From Candidatus Poribacteria bacterium (GTDB taxonomy: Bacteria; Poribacteria; WGA-4E; WGA-3G): a DNA stretch of 64,000 bases. Positions 29,910 to 40,437 of the stretch are shown here, in pieces; positions within the stretch are counted from its first letter, which is position 1; every line of letters begins with the position of its first letter. The translations under genes were made by a program, and so were the position numbers. Under the pieces are notes generated by a model. That model saw only the letters and a program-made list of their open reading frames with translations, was not told the origin of the DNA and did no database searches. The stretch spans positions 5,734,077-5,798,076 of the forward strand of contig OZ246979.1 of assembly GCA_965232545.1 (NCBI GenBank), written 5' to 3'.

Positions 29910-31232
29910 TTATTGACTCTCTGCTCTCTGTCGCATTTGATAGACAAACATATTCGTCATGAACCGGTAGACATCCGAGGAACGTCTCGCTGATAATGGC
30001 GCGCGGCTATCGATCTCTGCGGTCTCCATACTGCATAAATAATCGAGCGGGCAAAACACAACTGCCAGGCGATCTTTGCCGAACCGCCCTTGCACCGATA
30101 TCCCTTTTATATGTCTCCATTTGTTGTTTCCACCTTTATAATTCGTTCCCCAAAACGTCGAGCCCCCGACAGGTGTTCTCTCTAGCTTGAAATAGCATTG
30201 AAATACTTCATGTTGGGTGTTGAGCGTTGTCAATGGATACTCAGGGAATACCGTGCGTAACTCGGTTTCCACGAGCGTCGCGAACGATTTTTCGTTGCCA
30301 CCGTTACCACAATAGTCGAAAAACAGCATGCCGTTATAATCGAGAATGTATTTCCGAAGGGCTGCACGCTCAGCGTCACTAAACCCCGATCCCTGCGAAT
30401 TGCGTTCAGCTAACCGTTGGTAGGACACTGACATGGCTTGGTCGTGTCCTGTCATAATTATCAAGGGGGCCTCCATAATTTTTTTATTCGTTAGCGGTAA
30501 CGCGCCACCTTCGTAATCCATATCTGTGCTAATTGTCTTTACATGCTCCTGCAACCATTTGGTGAGAGAGGTAATAGCAGTTGGGTCTTGCCACCAATCG
30601 CTCATATCGTGCTTTAGACGGATAAGGCTAATGTGTCCACGCACAATGCCGTTTTCTTCATCAATGTGACTACCGAATTCGTCTCCAGTTCCGTCTCCAC
30701 TATTGTCGATGATATCTGATATCCCGCCACCGAATGCATCTTGTCCAGTGCTATCCAATTCCGTTATATTGCTAAGGTCATCTCCCGATATGCGATCTCC
30801 TGTCTTGATATTTGGTTCAATGCGCGTATCATCATGTTCACCGTTCTCTATTTCTATTGTCGGTGACTTGTTCTTAAGACTAACGTCGGGTGAAGCGGTA
30901 AGATTTGCTAACGTGAAGTCTGGGGGAGGCTCTACGCTCGATGGCACCACAGGTTTTGGGATTGGTGTTAATTTGGAGAATGGTTGTGCTGCTGCGTTCT
31001 GAATGGCTGCCCCAGTCTTGTTCTGTGGTATCTCTTGCACTCTCTGTCTCTGTCTCTGTTGTGTTGGTGAAACAAAATCCACAACGAAACTATCTTTTTC
31101 CTGCTCTACCACGGGTTTTAATAACCATATCGCGATTGCGATAATCGCGATGATATGTCCTCCTAAAGCGAGTAGCAGTGCCCTATTTCTTTGTTGTGTA
31201 GCGTAATACTTCTTAACCGTGCGGGTGTTCAT
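29910..31232 (-). CDS. Membrane-anchored protein with Pro/Gln-rich linker and C-terminal uncharacterised globular domain (possibly DUF4159-like)
   Basis: N-terminal TM (LLLALGGHIIAIIAIAIWLL) and a low-complexity linker. C-terminal domain has IIMTGH and DYCGNGG motifs. Last gene of the minus-strand cluster 37338-29910. Confidence 0.4.
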   Translation of the reverse strand: MNTRTVKKYYATQQRNRALLLALGGHIIAIIAIAIWLLKPVVEQEKDSFVVDFVSPTQQRQRQRVQEIPQNKTGAAIQNAAAQPFSKLTPIPKPVVPSSVEPPPDFTLANLTASPDVSLKNKSPTIEIENGEHDDTRIEPNIKTGDRISGDDLSNITELDSTGQDAFGGGISDIIDNSGDGTGDEFGSHIDEENGIVRGHISLIRLKHDMSDWWQDPTAITSLTKWLQEHVKTISTDMDYEGGALPLTNKKIMEAPLIIMTGHDQAMSVSYQRLAERNSQGSGFSDAERAALRKYILDYNGMLFFDYCGNGGNEKSFATLVETELRTVFPEYPLTTLNTQHEVFQCYFKLERTPVGGSTFWGTNYKGGNNKWRHIKGISVQGRFGKDRLAVVFCPLDYLCSMETAEIDSRAPLSARRSSDVYRFMTNMFVYQMRQRAESQ

Positions 31233-31330
31233 AGTGATGCCTGTATTGCCACTCGAATTGTGTGGTATTAGAAAGGATATGCTGAATGGGTATAGTGAAC
31301 TCCCTTGGTCTTATTTTTTTACCTTAGGAA

Positions 31331-33754
31331 CTATCGCACCTCGCTGAGCAGTGCCTTGAGATAATTTGACGGAACAGCGAAATTAAGATTTTGGGTGTGA
31401 GCCTCTTGGTAACCTGAGACGGAGATCCCTATAACCTTACCTTTCTCGTTTAAGACGGGACCACCACTGTTGCCGGGCGAGATGGGAGCATCAATCTGGA
31501 TGCGGGTTCCAGTCCCAAAGTCTCGTATGCTACTGACAATTCCTTTTGATACTGTTCCCTCTAAGCCTATGGGATTGCCAACAGTGTAGATAGTTTCACC
31601 AATCTCAATTTCATCACTGTTCTCAAGATCCAGGATTGGCGGATTTGGACCGGAGATCCTGAGAATAGCCAGATCCTGTTTTTCATCTATGGCGACAATC
31701 TCTTCAATAGTGTATCTTCTCTGGTCGCCAACGGACTTCGCGTAAAGTTGTTTTTGCCCTTTAATGACGTGATAGTTCGTTGCGACATAACCTATGTCTA
31801 TAAAAAATCCACTACCGATTGTGGTTTGTGCTTCTCTATTTCCTACTGTCACTGCCAGACGGACAGTCGCATTCAAAGCTAACTGGATAAAAGGTTTGGC
31901 TTTATGCGATTTCAGCCTATAGTCTGTTTTTTGTGGTCTCACCTGTTTTGCCATATCCCATCGGAGAATCGTGCCATCCTCGCTCCCGCTGACGAGGGTG
32001 CGCCCGTCTTTGGAAAATGCTAAAGCCGTAATTTTACGGGTGTGTTGTGTGAATATTCTTTTTCCCGTTCCTGCTGTCAGGTCATACAACCAAATTTCAC
32101 CGCTTGCGTCACCGACTGAGAGAAAACGTGTGTTGGGGGAAAATGTAAGAGCCTCAATTGCACGAGATTCCAGTCGGAAGCTTTTTATCTCCTCACCAAC
32201 GAGGGAATCCCAGTATCGTAGCGTCCTATTCTCTTCGCCACTCGCAAGAAAAGTGCCATCAACAGCGAATGTCAGTGTTGTAACAGTGCTCTCTGGTCCA
32301 CGGAACGTTTTTAGTTCGCGCCCCGTTGCAATATCTAACAGATGAATTTTACCGTCTAAACCGCCGCTTGCAAGTGTGGTGCCGGCAGGTGAGAACGCTA
32401 ACGCCGTAATCCCTTCGCTGTTCCCCGTGAGTATCGTCTTCAGTGTGCTATTATTCCAACTTGCATTATTGACAAAAAGTTTATTGACATCTGATAAGAA
32501 AATTTTACCGTCTTCAAGGCCACTGCTCGCAAGCGTCTTCCCGTCCCAAGAAAAGGCAGCCGCCGCTGTTAAACCCGTGTGTTCTCGGATGACTGACAGA
32601 ACAGTGCCTGTACCCGCATCCCATAAGCGGAGTTTACCGTCTAAGCCGGGGCCGCAAGCGTAGATACGGTTATCTGCTGTGTATGCCAATGCCTTAACCA
32701 TGCCGGTATGTCCGGTTAAGATGACACGCGGGGCCCTTCTCCTCATATCCCATAATCGGACAGTTCCATCAAAACTGGCGGTGGCAAGTGTGCGGCCATC
32801 CGGTGAAAACCTAACTTCATTGACTGAATCTCCGTGACCATCAAAGACTGAATCGGGGTTTTGGTCAAACGAGTTTACAAGATGATCGGCTGTTGTGTTC
32901 CAAACTCGAATTAATTTGTCTTCGCTTCCGCTCGCGAAGGTGTATTCGTCCGCATCTGATGCGGAGGGATTTGAGGTGAAAGCAACTGCATGGACGGGCG
33001 CACTGTGTCGCCTCGGAGGGGATAGGCTACCGCCAGAAGCAACGAGATCCCACAACCGAATTGTGCCATCTAAACTGGAACTAACGAGAATTCTGTCGTA
33101 ATGCAGGAAAATTACGCCTGAAACCAGTTCTGTATGCCCATTGAATTCGTAAATTTTCTCGCCAGTGCCTGTATCCCATATCCGAATCGTGCCATCTTTA
33201 CTGCCGCCGGCAAGCATACTGCTATCTGATGAGAATGCTATCGAAGAAACCGCAGAAGTATATCCAGGCAGAATCGCTCGGAGCTTGTTAGCGTGAACAT
33301 CCCATATCCGAATGGTGTTATCTGTTCCGCCACTGGCAACCATACTATCATCGTCTGAAAAGGCGATAGCGCGAATATGCCCGGTATGCCCTGGAAAAGC
33401 TCGCGCACTTCCGTTAAAGGTATTCCATAGATAGACAGTGCGGTCCTCATGTGCAGCAGCAAGGGTGCGCCCATCACTGGAATACGCGATTGCATTGGCA
33501 CCGCCCATCGGACCTCTTAGCAAGTCTCTTTCGTTCCCAGTACTGACATCATAAATCCAAATACCGATAGTGGTTGCAACGGCGAGTTCTCTACCGTCTG
33601 GCGAAAATAGAATATCTTTGACCCATCCTTTGCCAAAACGCGCTGTCGCCCCTTCCGGTAACTTAAAGTGTGTAGAACCTTGGGCAAAAACGTTCGGTAA
33701 AAATAGAATTGCGGTTAACAACGTCACGGTGACTAAAATAGATTTACGTCTCAT
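31331..33754 (-). CDS. Secreted WD40 beta-propeller repeat protein fused to a C-terminal trypsin-like (S1/HtrA-type) serine protease domain
   Basis: Signal peptide, about 12 WD40 repeats, then protease triad motifs TNYHV (His), DLAIL (Asp) and GNSGGP (Ser). Confidence 0.8.
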   Translation of the reverse strand: MRRKSILVTVTLLTAILFLPNVFAQGSTHFKLPEGATARFGKGWVKDILFSPDGRELAVATTIGIWIYDVSTGNERDLLRGPMGGANAIAYSSDGRTLAAAHEDRTVYLWNTFNGSARAFPGHTGHIRAIAFSDDDSMVASGGTDNTIRIWDVHANKLRAILPGYTSAVSSIAFSSDSSMLAGGSKDGTIRIWDTGTGEKIYEFNGHTELVSGVIFLHYDRILVSSSLDGTIRLWDLVASGGSLSPPRRHSAPVHAVAFTSNPSASDADEYTFASGSEDKLIRVWNTTADHLVNSFDQNPDSVFDGHGDSVNEVRFSPDGRTLATASFDGTVRLWDMRRRAPRVILTGHTGMVKALAYTADNRIYACGPGLDGKLRLWDAGTGTVLSVIREHTGLTAAAAFSWDGKTLASSGLEDGKIFLSDVNKLFVNNASWNNSTLKTILTGNSEGITALAFSPAGTTLASGGLDGKIHLLDIATGRELKTFRGPESTVTTLTFAVDGTFLASGEENRTLRYWDSLVGEEIKSFRLESRAIEALTFSPNTRFLSVGDASGEIWLYDLTAGTGKRIFTQHTRKITALAFSKDGRTLVSGSEDGTILRWDMAKQVRPQKTDYRLKSHKAKPFIQLALNATVRLAVTVGNREAQTTIGSGFFIDIGYVATNYHVIKGQKQLYAKSVGDQRRYTIEEIVAIDEKQDLAILRISGPNPPILDLENSDEIEIGETIYTVGNPIGLEGTVSKGIVSSIRDFGTGTRIQIDAPISPGNSGGPVLNEKGKVIGISVSGYQEAHTQNLNFAVPSNYLKALLSEVR

Positions 33755-33790
33755 CTAACATAACTCCTTTTGATCTGAAGTATATTCTAC

Positions 33791-35167
33791 TTACCGGTTT
33801 TGGTCGTTTTGTTCTCTGATAGTATTCAACAATCGACGCGCATCTCCATAACTTGGATCGATGTTTAAGGCCTTAAGGGCAGCCTCTTCCGCATAAGCAA
33901 GGTTGTGCAGGTTAAAATAAGCAACACCAAGATTGCAGTAAGCTTCTTTACACTGTGAATCAATACTGATAGCCCGTTCAAATTCAATAATAGCGTTGTC
34001 ATACTGGTTGTCGTCAAGATATGAAAGTCCTTGTTTGTAGTAATTCTTTTTTATCTCTGCTAACAGTTGGTGGGCGGGCTGATAGGTCGCATTGATGTGT
34101 AGTGCTTTTCTTGCCTTCTCCTCAGCGAGTTCCAATTCACCTCTATCAAAATGTTCACGTCCTTGGTTGGTGATTATCTCTTCTATCGGCGGCTCCGGAG
34201 GACGCGGTTTATCGGTCTTATACTCTTCTACCTGACGTTTAATTTTTTTCATAAGACGGAGAACTTCCTGATCCAAAGCAGCACGACTGCCAGCATATTC
34301 CTGATCGGCATTCTCAATGGTCTGAATCACCAATTGGCATTTAGATGTATCCTGATCTCTTTTTGCCCAGTCGAAGTATACCACTGACAACCCGTGATAT
34401 GCTTCAATAGTGTTCGAGGTATAAGCATAGTCATCAATGAGTTCTGCAAACGCATCAACGGATTGCTGGAACAGACCGGCTTTGTGATAGCATCTGCCTG
34501 CCCAATAGAGGGCATATACTGCAGTTTCAGCAGGTAGATGATTACTCGAGAAGGCTTCGTATTGTGTAGCTGCTTCTTTGAAACGTTTTTCAAAGCGAAG
34601 GGAGGTCGCCTCTGTGAGTGCTGCAAAATTCGGAGTGTTGATCTCTTCCGGTTCTGGCGGAGGTGGCGGCAGTGGATTTATAAAAGCGAGTGCTATTTGA
34701 TATTTTTGATTAATTTGCTCTCTGCGCCTCGCCTCCTCTGTCATCTCTAACGCACGTTTGTATTCTTCACTGGCGGCTTCATAATCCTCACGATCGAAAT
34801 AGATGTCTCCACTGTCAACATAGGAATCGGTCACATATCGACTTTCCGGAAAATTTACAATGACTTCCCTGTAGCGTTCAAGTGCTACATTTGAATTGCC
34901 TAACTGTTTCTCACATTGTGCTATTTTGTAGTGGATATATGCTTGGAACTCTGGAACAATTGTGTCTGTCTTTACACCGAACTTTTTTGATTCTTCCAGG
35001 GCTTTGTTATATCTTTCGAGTGCATCTTCGTACCGCTGCTCTTTGTACGATGTTTCCGCTTCTTCAAACACTTGTTTTACTTTTTTCGTGCTACCCAACA
35101 CAAATGGGGATAGCAGGGCAAGGACCAAAGCAATACCCCCGATGACTCCCCAGATTTTTTTGTCCAT
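33791..35167 (-). CDS. TPR-repeat protein with N-terminal membrane anchor
   Basis: N-terminal TM, multiple TPR units (AYCNLGVAYFNL.., ALERYREVI..), and a PPPPPEPEE linker. Confidence 0.7.
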   Translation of the reverse strand: MDKKIWGVIGGIALVLALLSPFVLGSTKKVKQVFEEAETSYKEQRYEDALERYNKALEESKKFGVKTDTIVPEFQAYIHYKIAQCEKQLGNSNVALERYREVIVNFPESRYVTDSYVDSGDIYFDREDYEAASEEYKRALEMTEEARRREQINQKYQIALAFINPLPPPPPEPEEINTPNFAALTEATSLRFEKRFKEAATQYEAFSSNHLPAETAVYALYWAGRCYHKAGLFQQSVDAFAELIDDYAYTSNTIEAYHGLSVVYFDWAKRDQDTSKCQLVIQTIENADQEYAGSRAALDQEVLRLMKKIKRQVEEYKTDKPRPPEPPIEEIITNQGREHFDRGELELAEEKARKALHINATYQPAHQLLAEIKKNYYKQGLSYLDDNQYDNAIIEFERAISIDSQCKEAYCNLGVAYFNLHNLAYAEEAALKALNIDPSYGDARRLLNTIREQNDQNR

Positions 35168-37338
35168 TACCGTCTCCTTACGCCTCGAATTTTGAGAGAA
35201 AAGTTTTTAGATGCGAGGAGGGTTCCATCCCTGTCTAACGCCTCAATTTTCAAGGATTGCGTTCGTGTGCGTGCATGATCAGATACAGTCATCTCTACAG
35301 CGACATCTTCTTTGCCGTTTTTCCCCAATTTTGAAATGATATCAGGCTGTTTGTACTCGATTCCAGTAATAAATGCCGGGTCAAACTTGATCCGGATATT
35401 ACGGGTTGTACCGCCCTGATTGCTGATGGTTAACCTGAGACGTGCGTCTTCACCCGCATCAAGAAACCCGTTCCTTGATGGTTCCTCTAAAGAGACTTCG
35501 ATTAAAATGATGGGTGGTATAGGTCGGAGCAGCGGGATTATACCTAACCTGATAGCGACAAACAAACACACCGCGATACTCCCGAAAACCGCGGCATATT
35601 TCAGAATTTTTTTTCGGGTTTTCCGATTTTTCTCCCTGTTTCTGGCGAACTGGATCACTTGAAGGAGTTCGCGGGCCGGCGGATGGGTTGGATTGCGCTT
35701 TAAGGCTTCTTCCGTGGCAGATTTGGCATCATCGAATGCTTCTATTTCCAGATACGCCTGTCCTAAACCGTAGTGTGCCTCTATCGAATCCGGATCTGCC
35801 TTTATCACCCTTTTGAATGCAGCCGCGGCTTGGTTATACTGCCTATTGTTGAGAAAAATGAGTCCGCGTTCTAAATCTTGTTTCGCATCCGGGGGGTCTG
35901 CTGACGGAGTACTTTCTGGCTTCGTCGGTGATGGTTGAGGGGGAGTAGGACGTGCTTGTTTTATAGCGTCCAAAAGTTGGCGCGCAGGTTGGGAATTAGC
36001 ATCAATCCTTAACGCTGTGTTCGCTGCGTTTTCTGCGTCATCAAGCCGTCCGGTTTCAAGGTAGACTTCGCCTAACCCCGTATGTGCTGACACGAAATTA
36101 GTCTCCAAGTCTATCGCCTTTTGAAACTCCGCGATTGCCTCCGTATACATTTTCGAGTTTTTGTAGGCAATACCGAGCTCATAATGCGTTTCCTGTCTCG
36201 GTTTCACAACTATCTGTTGATTTACTGGCTGCTCCGGTTCTGGAGGCGGGGTCGTGTGTGTCTCAGGCGGTGTGAAACTCGGATCTATGGCTTCTAAGAA
36301 AGAGAGTGCGGGTTGATAGTTCGGATCCAGTTTCAACGCATCCCTCGCGGCATCTCTTGCCTTTCCGAGTTCTTGCTGTCCGAGATAGGCGAGGGCAAGC
36401 GCATGGTGCGCGGCTTTGTAGCTGCGATCCAGAGTTATCGTCTTCTGGAGTGCATCTACAGCGCGGGAGTAGGTTTCCATCTTCAGATAGGTTAACCCGA
36501 GGTTATAGTGCGCAGTAGTGAAATCAGCATCGAGTGTTATGGCGTTCTGGAAGGTTGTAATGGCTTCGCTATAGCGTTCGTCGTTGAGATAGGTGATGCC
36601 CTTATTGTAGTGCGCTTGTTTTATCGAGTTTGCGAGTTCATGAGCACGTTGGTAGTTAGGGTCGAGTCTTAATGTCTCTGTGATAGCATGTGTCGCCGCT
36701 TCCAAATTACCTAATTCTCGGTGGGCACGGGCAAGGTTATAGTGGGTACGCTTGAGATTCGGAGCGATGACGATAGCACGCTCAAGATGTGGTATCGCTT
36801 TGTCGTAATGTCCCTGTTCGACGTAAGCGTATCCGAGGTTGTAGTGTGCATCGACGAGATCGGCATCTAAGGCGATCGCACTTTGTAACGCATCAATCGC
36901 CTCTTGATACGCTTTGAGTCTGATGTAGGCGGCACCGAGATGGGCATAGATATGCTTATTTTCAATATCGGAGACCTGTGAGTTGCCTTCCAAGTCTGCA
37001 TCAAAGGTGAGTGCTTTCTGGAACGTAGAAACGGCTTCTGTATACCGTTCAGTATTGAGATATTCTTTACCTTTATCGTAGTATGCTTGGGTGATGGTAT
37101 TGCAGAGTAGCCGTGCAGGTTGGTGGGTAGCATCGAGTTTTAATGCTGCTATGACAGAGGCACTGGCTTTCTCTAATTCGTCCTGTTCAAGATACGCTCG
37201 GCAGAGCGCGCAGTGAGCACCTATGAAATCCGCATCCAACTTAATGGCTGCTTCAAACTCAGGGACTGCTCTGTTGTATTGCCCCGCCTCCAGATAAGCG
37301 ATACCGAGGTTATAGTGTGCCTCTTTTATAGCGTTCAT
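35167..37338 (-). CDS. TPR-repeat protein (about 14 TPRs) with TM helix and C-terminal beta-rich domain
   Basis: Repeated AHYNLG.AY... TPR units, a TM segment (AAVFGSIAVCLFVAIRLGII) and a roughly 120-aa C-terminal domain. Start overlaps the stop of the downstream TPR gene. Confidence 0.7.
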   Translation of the reverse strand: MNAIKEAHYNLGIAYLEAGQYNRAVPEFEAAIKLDADFIGAHCALCRAYLEQDELEKASASVIAALKLDATHQPARLLCNTITQAYYDKGKEYLNTERYTEAVSTFQKALTFDADLEGNSQVSDIENKHIYAHLGAAYIRLKAYQEAIDALQSAIALDADLVDAHYNLGYAYVEQGHYDKAIPHLERAIVIAPNLKRTHYNLARAHRELGNLEAATHAITETLRLDPNYQRAHELANSIKQAHYNKGITYLNDERYSEAITTFQNAITLDADFTTAHYNLGLTYLKMETYSRAVDALQKTITLDRSYKAAHHALALAYLGQQELGKARDAARDALKLDPNYQPALSFLEAIDPSFTPPETHTTPPPEPEQPVNQQIVVKPRQETHYELGIAYKNSKMYTEAIAEFQKAIDLETNFVSAHTGLGEVYLETGRLDDAENAANTALRIDANSQPARQLLDAIKQARPTPPQPSPTKPESTPSADPPDAKQDLERGLIFLNNRQYNQAAAAFKRVIKADPDSIEAHYGLGQAYLEIEAFDDAKSATEEALKRNPTHPPARELLQVIQFARNREKNRKTRKKILKYAAVFGSIAVCLFVAIRLGIIPLLRPIPPIILIEVSLEEPSRNGFLDAGEDARLRLTISNQGGTTRNIRIKFDPAFITGIEYKQPDIISKLGKNGKEDVAVEMTVSDHARTRTQSLKIEALDRDGTLLASKNFSLKIRGVRRR

Positions 37339-37421
37339 TTACTTGGGAAAAAAGAAGATTATTTTCGGGTTAATTTTAGTGGCATTTTACCATATCCGCT
37401 TTAATGTTGCAAACAAAAATC

Positions 37422-37450
37422 TTGAGTGCAGTTCAGTTGTGCGGTATAAT
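37422..37450 (+). promoter_or_regulatory. sigma70-like promoter TTGAGT-17-TATAAT for the membrane-protein gene
   Basis: TTGAGT at 37422-37427, TATAAT at 37445-37450, about 40 nt before the TTG/ATG start. Confidence 0.45.
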
Positions 37451-37488
37451 GGCGTTGCGATTTATGGGTGACACGACACACACCTTGA

Positions 37489-39408
37489 TTGGGACTATCT
37501 ATGCAGCAACACTCGCCTGCCCCCTCTACGTCTCCTCATCAGAAAATCCGTTGGCGGATTATATGGCTTGGACTCGCGCTGATTCCCTTCAATAACTATT
37601 GGGTCTTCGCATCGCTGCGTTGGGATCAGGGGTTCCCGACAACGATGTCCCTCTTTTTCAATACCATCTTCGCACTCGCTGTCCTAATCGCCATCAATAC
37701 CATCCTGCATCGGTTCGCACCCCGCGCCGCACTCACTCAAGGCGAATTGTTGACGCTCTACGCAATGCTGTCTGTGGCATCCGCTATCTGTGGACACGAC
37801 CTGTTTGAGGTAATTATCACGAACATCGCCACGGTCGGTTGGCTGGCAACAGAGGAGAATGAGTGGGCGACGCTTTTTCATCGTTATCTTCCGGATTGGC
37901 TCGCCTTGACGGACAAGAATCGTTTGACCGTCTACTTTACAGGTGAGTCGAGCCTCTATCTGCGTCCGCACCTTGAGATGTGGTGGAAACCTGTGCTTGC
38001 GTGGAGCGGATTTATCATCGTCCTGCTGTTCACGACTTTTTGTATCAACGTGATGCTACGAAGACAGTGGATTGAAATTGAACGGCTCAGTTATCCGATT
38101 ATTGAGTTACCGTATCAGATGACAACCGCGCGTTTCTTCCGCTCAAAACCGTTGTGGGTCGGCATCATCCTCGCCGGTGGGATAGATGTCGTGAACGGAC
38201 TGCATTTTCTATTTCCAAGCTTTCCGGGACTCGGAGGTGAATTCTATGATTTGCATCCGTTGTTTACAACGAAACCGTGGAATGCCATCGGTTGGACACC
38301 CATCGTTTTCTTTCCATTCGTTGTCGGGATGGCGTATTTTATCCCGCTCGACCTCTCGTTTACGTTCTGGTTTTTCTATGTCTTCTGGAAATTTGAAATG
38401 ATCTTCGGGAGTATTGCTGGCTTGCAACGGATTCCAGGGTTCCCGTTCATCTTCGATCAGTCATTCGGGGTTTGTGTCGGTGTCCTTGGTATGGCGTTGT
38501 GGAGTGCGCGGGACCATTTGCGAAATGTTTTTAGGCAGGCATGGCATGGAGGCAGAAGAACCGAGTCCAACGAACCGATGTCCTATCGCACTGCCGTGTT
38601 AGGCTTAATCTGTGGGTTTCTGTTGCTCGCCGGTTTTTGGTGGGTTGCGGGGATGTCTTTTTGGGTAGCAATCCTCGTCTTTGCTATCCATCTGACGACA
38701 GTGACCGTGATTACGCGTATCCGTGCCGAACTGGGTCCGCCGATCCACGATCTACGTTCTATGGGACCCGATGTCTTACTCCCCAAGATGTTCGGAATGC
38801 GTAAACTCGGAGGACAGAATCTCGCGCTGTTTTCATTGATATTCTGTTTCAATCGTGCCTACCGAGGCAATACGATGCCGCACCAGTTAGAGGGCTTGAA
38901 ATTGGCGGAACGGTCGCGTAGTTCTACACGACGGATTGCCGTCGCGATGCTCCTCGCGATGGTATTAAGCCCCTTTGCGGCGTTTTGGGGCGCGCTTCAC
39001 CTCGGCTATGAGAGCGGTGCGATTGAGGTTTGGTCGGGGTCTGTGTTCAACCGTACCCAGAGTTGGCTGACGAACCCGATGCCTGTGGACATCCCGTCGT
39101 TAATCGCCATGGTTTACGGTCTTCTGTTCGCGTTCGGTCTGACGCTGGTTCGGCTCCGCTTTTTCTGGTGGCCCCTGTATCCGATAGGATATGCCATCTC
39201 TGGGACGTGGGCAGTGAATTTCTTCTGGTTTTCGGTTTTCATCAGTTATTTCGTCAAGTTAGCAATTCTGCGTTTCGGGGGTGTCCGGACGTTTCGGCGG
39301 GTCGCACCCTTCTTTTTGGGGCTAATTTTGGGCGAATTTTTGGTGGGGAGTGTCTGGGGACTGCTCGGTATTTTCCTTGAAAAGCCTATGTATCGGTTTA
39401 TTTGGTGA
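37489..39408 (+). CDS. Large polytopic membrane protein, paralog of 7579-9468
   Basis: 639 aa, co-linear similarity to the 7579 protein. Start may be the ATG at 37501. Confidence 0.6.
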   Translation: MGLSMQQHSPAPSTSPHQKIRWRIIWLGLALIPFNNYWVFASLRWDQGFPTTMSLFFNTIFALAVLIAINTILHRFAPRAALTQGELLTLYAMLSVASAICGHDLFEVIITNIATVGWLATEENEWATLFHRYLPDWLALTDKNRLTVYFTGESSLYLRPHLEMWWKPVLAWSGFIIVLLFTTFCINVMLRRQWIEIERLSYPIIELPYQMTTARFFRSKPLWVGIILAGGIDVVNGLHFLFPSFPGLGGEFYDLHPLFTTKPWNAIGWTPIVFFPFVVGMAYFIPLDLSFTFWFFYVFWKFEMIFGSIAGLQRIPGFPFIFDQSFGVCVGVLGMALWSARDHLRNVFRQAWHGGRRTESNEPMSYRTAVLGLICGFLLLAGFWWVAGMSFWVAILVFAIHLTTVTVITRIRAELGPPIHDLRSMGPDVLLPKMFGMRKLGGQNLALFSLIFCFNRAYRGNTMPHQLEGLKLAERSRSSTRRIAVAMLLAMVLSPFAAFWGALHLGYESGAIEVWSGSVFNRTQSWLTNPMPVDIPSLIAMVYGLLFAFGLTLVRLRFFWWPLYPIGYAISGTWAVNFFWFSVFISYFVKLAILRFGGVRTFRRVAPFFLGLILGEFLVGSVWGLLGIFLEKPMYRFIW

Positions 39409-39531
39409 GGATACCGCCTCTACCGTTTTTCACTTGACAAAGCGTTATGGATTCCCATAAAATATAATCAGATTTCTACCTGTCGAGTATACCATGATAT
39501 ACTCACAAATTGAAGGGTTCCGAGACTGGCT

Positions 39532-40437
39532 ATGGGACAAATACAACAACTTCGTCGAATTACAATATGGGGTGTCGGCTTAATCGGTGGGTCGCTTGGA
39601 CTTGCACTGAAAAAAAATGGATTTCGAGGACAACGTGTCGGGTTGGGCCGAAACATCGGTAGACTTGAAAAAGCACGCCAACACGATGCGGTTGATGTGG
39701 TTACGACAGACACGGCGGAAGGGCTACATGAAAGCGACCTTGTCGTCCTGTGTACCCCCGTTGAGATGGTTCCAGTATTCGTCCAGCAAATTATTGAAAG
39801 TGTTGGCTCGCAGCAGTCTATGGTGCTGACAGATGTCGGTAGTACGAAATCGGTGTTGGTGGAAGCGGTCGAAGCACAGTTGAGGCAACACGGTTCGGAC
39901 ACCCTTTCTTTTGTAGGCGGGCATCCGATGGCAGGTTCACACGAAACCGGCGTTGACGCGGCGCGGGCGACGCTTTTTGAAAACGCCACGTGTATTGTAA
40001 CACCCACAGAAAATACTGATCCGGATTCCCTACAGCGGGTTAAAAATCTGTGGGACTTTGTCGGCGCAGTCCCCCATCTCCTCTCTCCTGATATCCATGA
40101 TTTACTTATCGGTGCCGCAAGTCATCTCCCACATCTCATGGCGAGTCTACTCGCCAATACTGTTGCGAATGTGGAAATGGAGCAGCATAAAGCATTGGAC
40201 TTTACGGCGACCGGTTTTCAGGATTCCACACGTATCGCCGCGGGGTCGCCTGACTTATGGACCGGCATTTTTACCCAAAATAGAGACGTCCTTTTACCAC
40301 TCATTGATGACATTGTTGACAATTTAATCGAATTCAAATCCCTGCTTCAGGCGAATGATCTTGCTGAGATAGAACGTGTGCTTCTCGAGGCACAGGTTAT
40401 CGTCGAAAAGCGTAAAAAAGCATTAGGAGGCTCATGA
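39532..40437 (+). CDS. tyrA: Prephenate/arogenate dehydrogenase
   Basis: Rossmann motif WGVGLIGGS and a TyrA-family catalytic domain. Stop overlaps the cmk start (ATGA). Confidence 0.8.
   Translation: MGQIQQLRRITIWGVGLIGGSLGLALKKNGFRGQRVGLGRNIGRLEKARQHDAVDVVTTDTAEGLHESDLVVLCTPVEMVPVFVQQIIESVGSQQSMVLTDVGSTKSVLVEAVEAQLRQHGSDTLSFVGGHPMAGSHETGVDAARATLFENATCIVTPTENTDPDSLQRVKNLWDFVGAVPHLLSPDIHDLLIGAASHLPHLMASLLANTVANVEMEQHKALDFTATGFQDSTRIAAGSPDLWTGIFTQNRDVLLPLIDDIVDNLIEFKSLLQANDLAEIERVLLEAQVIVEKRKKALGGS

Noticed and set aside
37404-37595. 63-aa ORF upstream of and overlapping the membrane-protein start
   Set aside because: It lies across the TTGAGT-17-TATAAT promoter and the 5' end of the real gene in another frame. 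No support.
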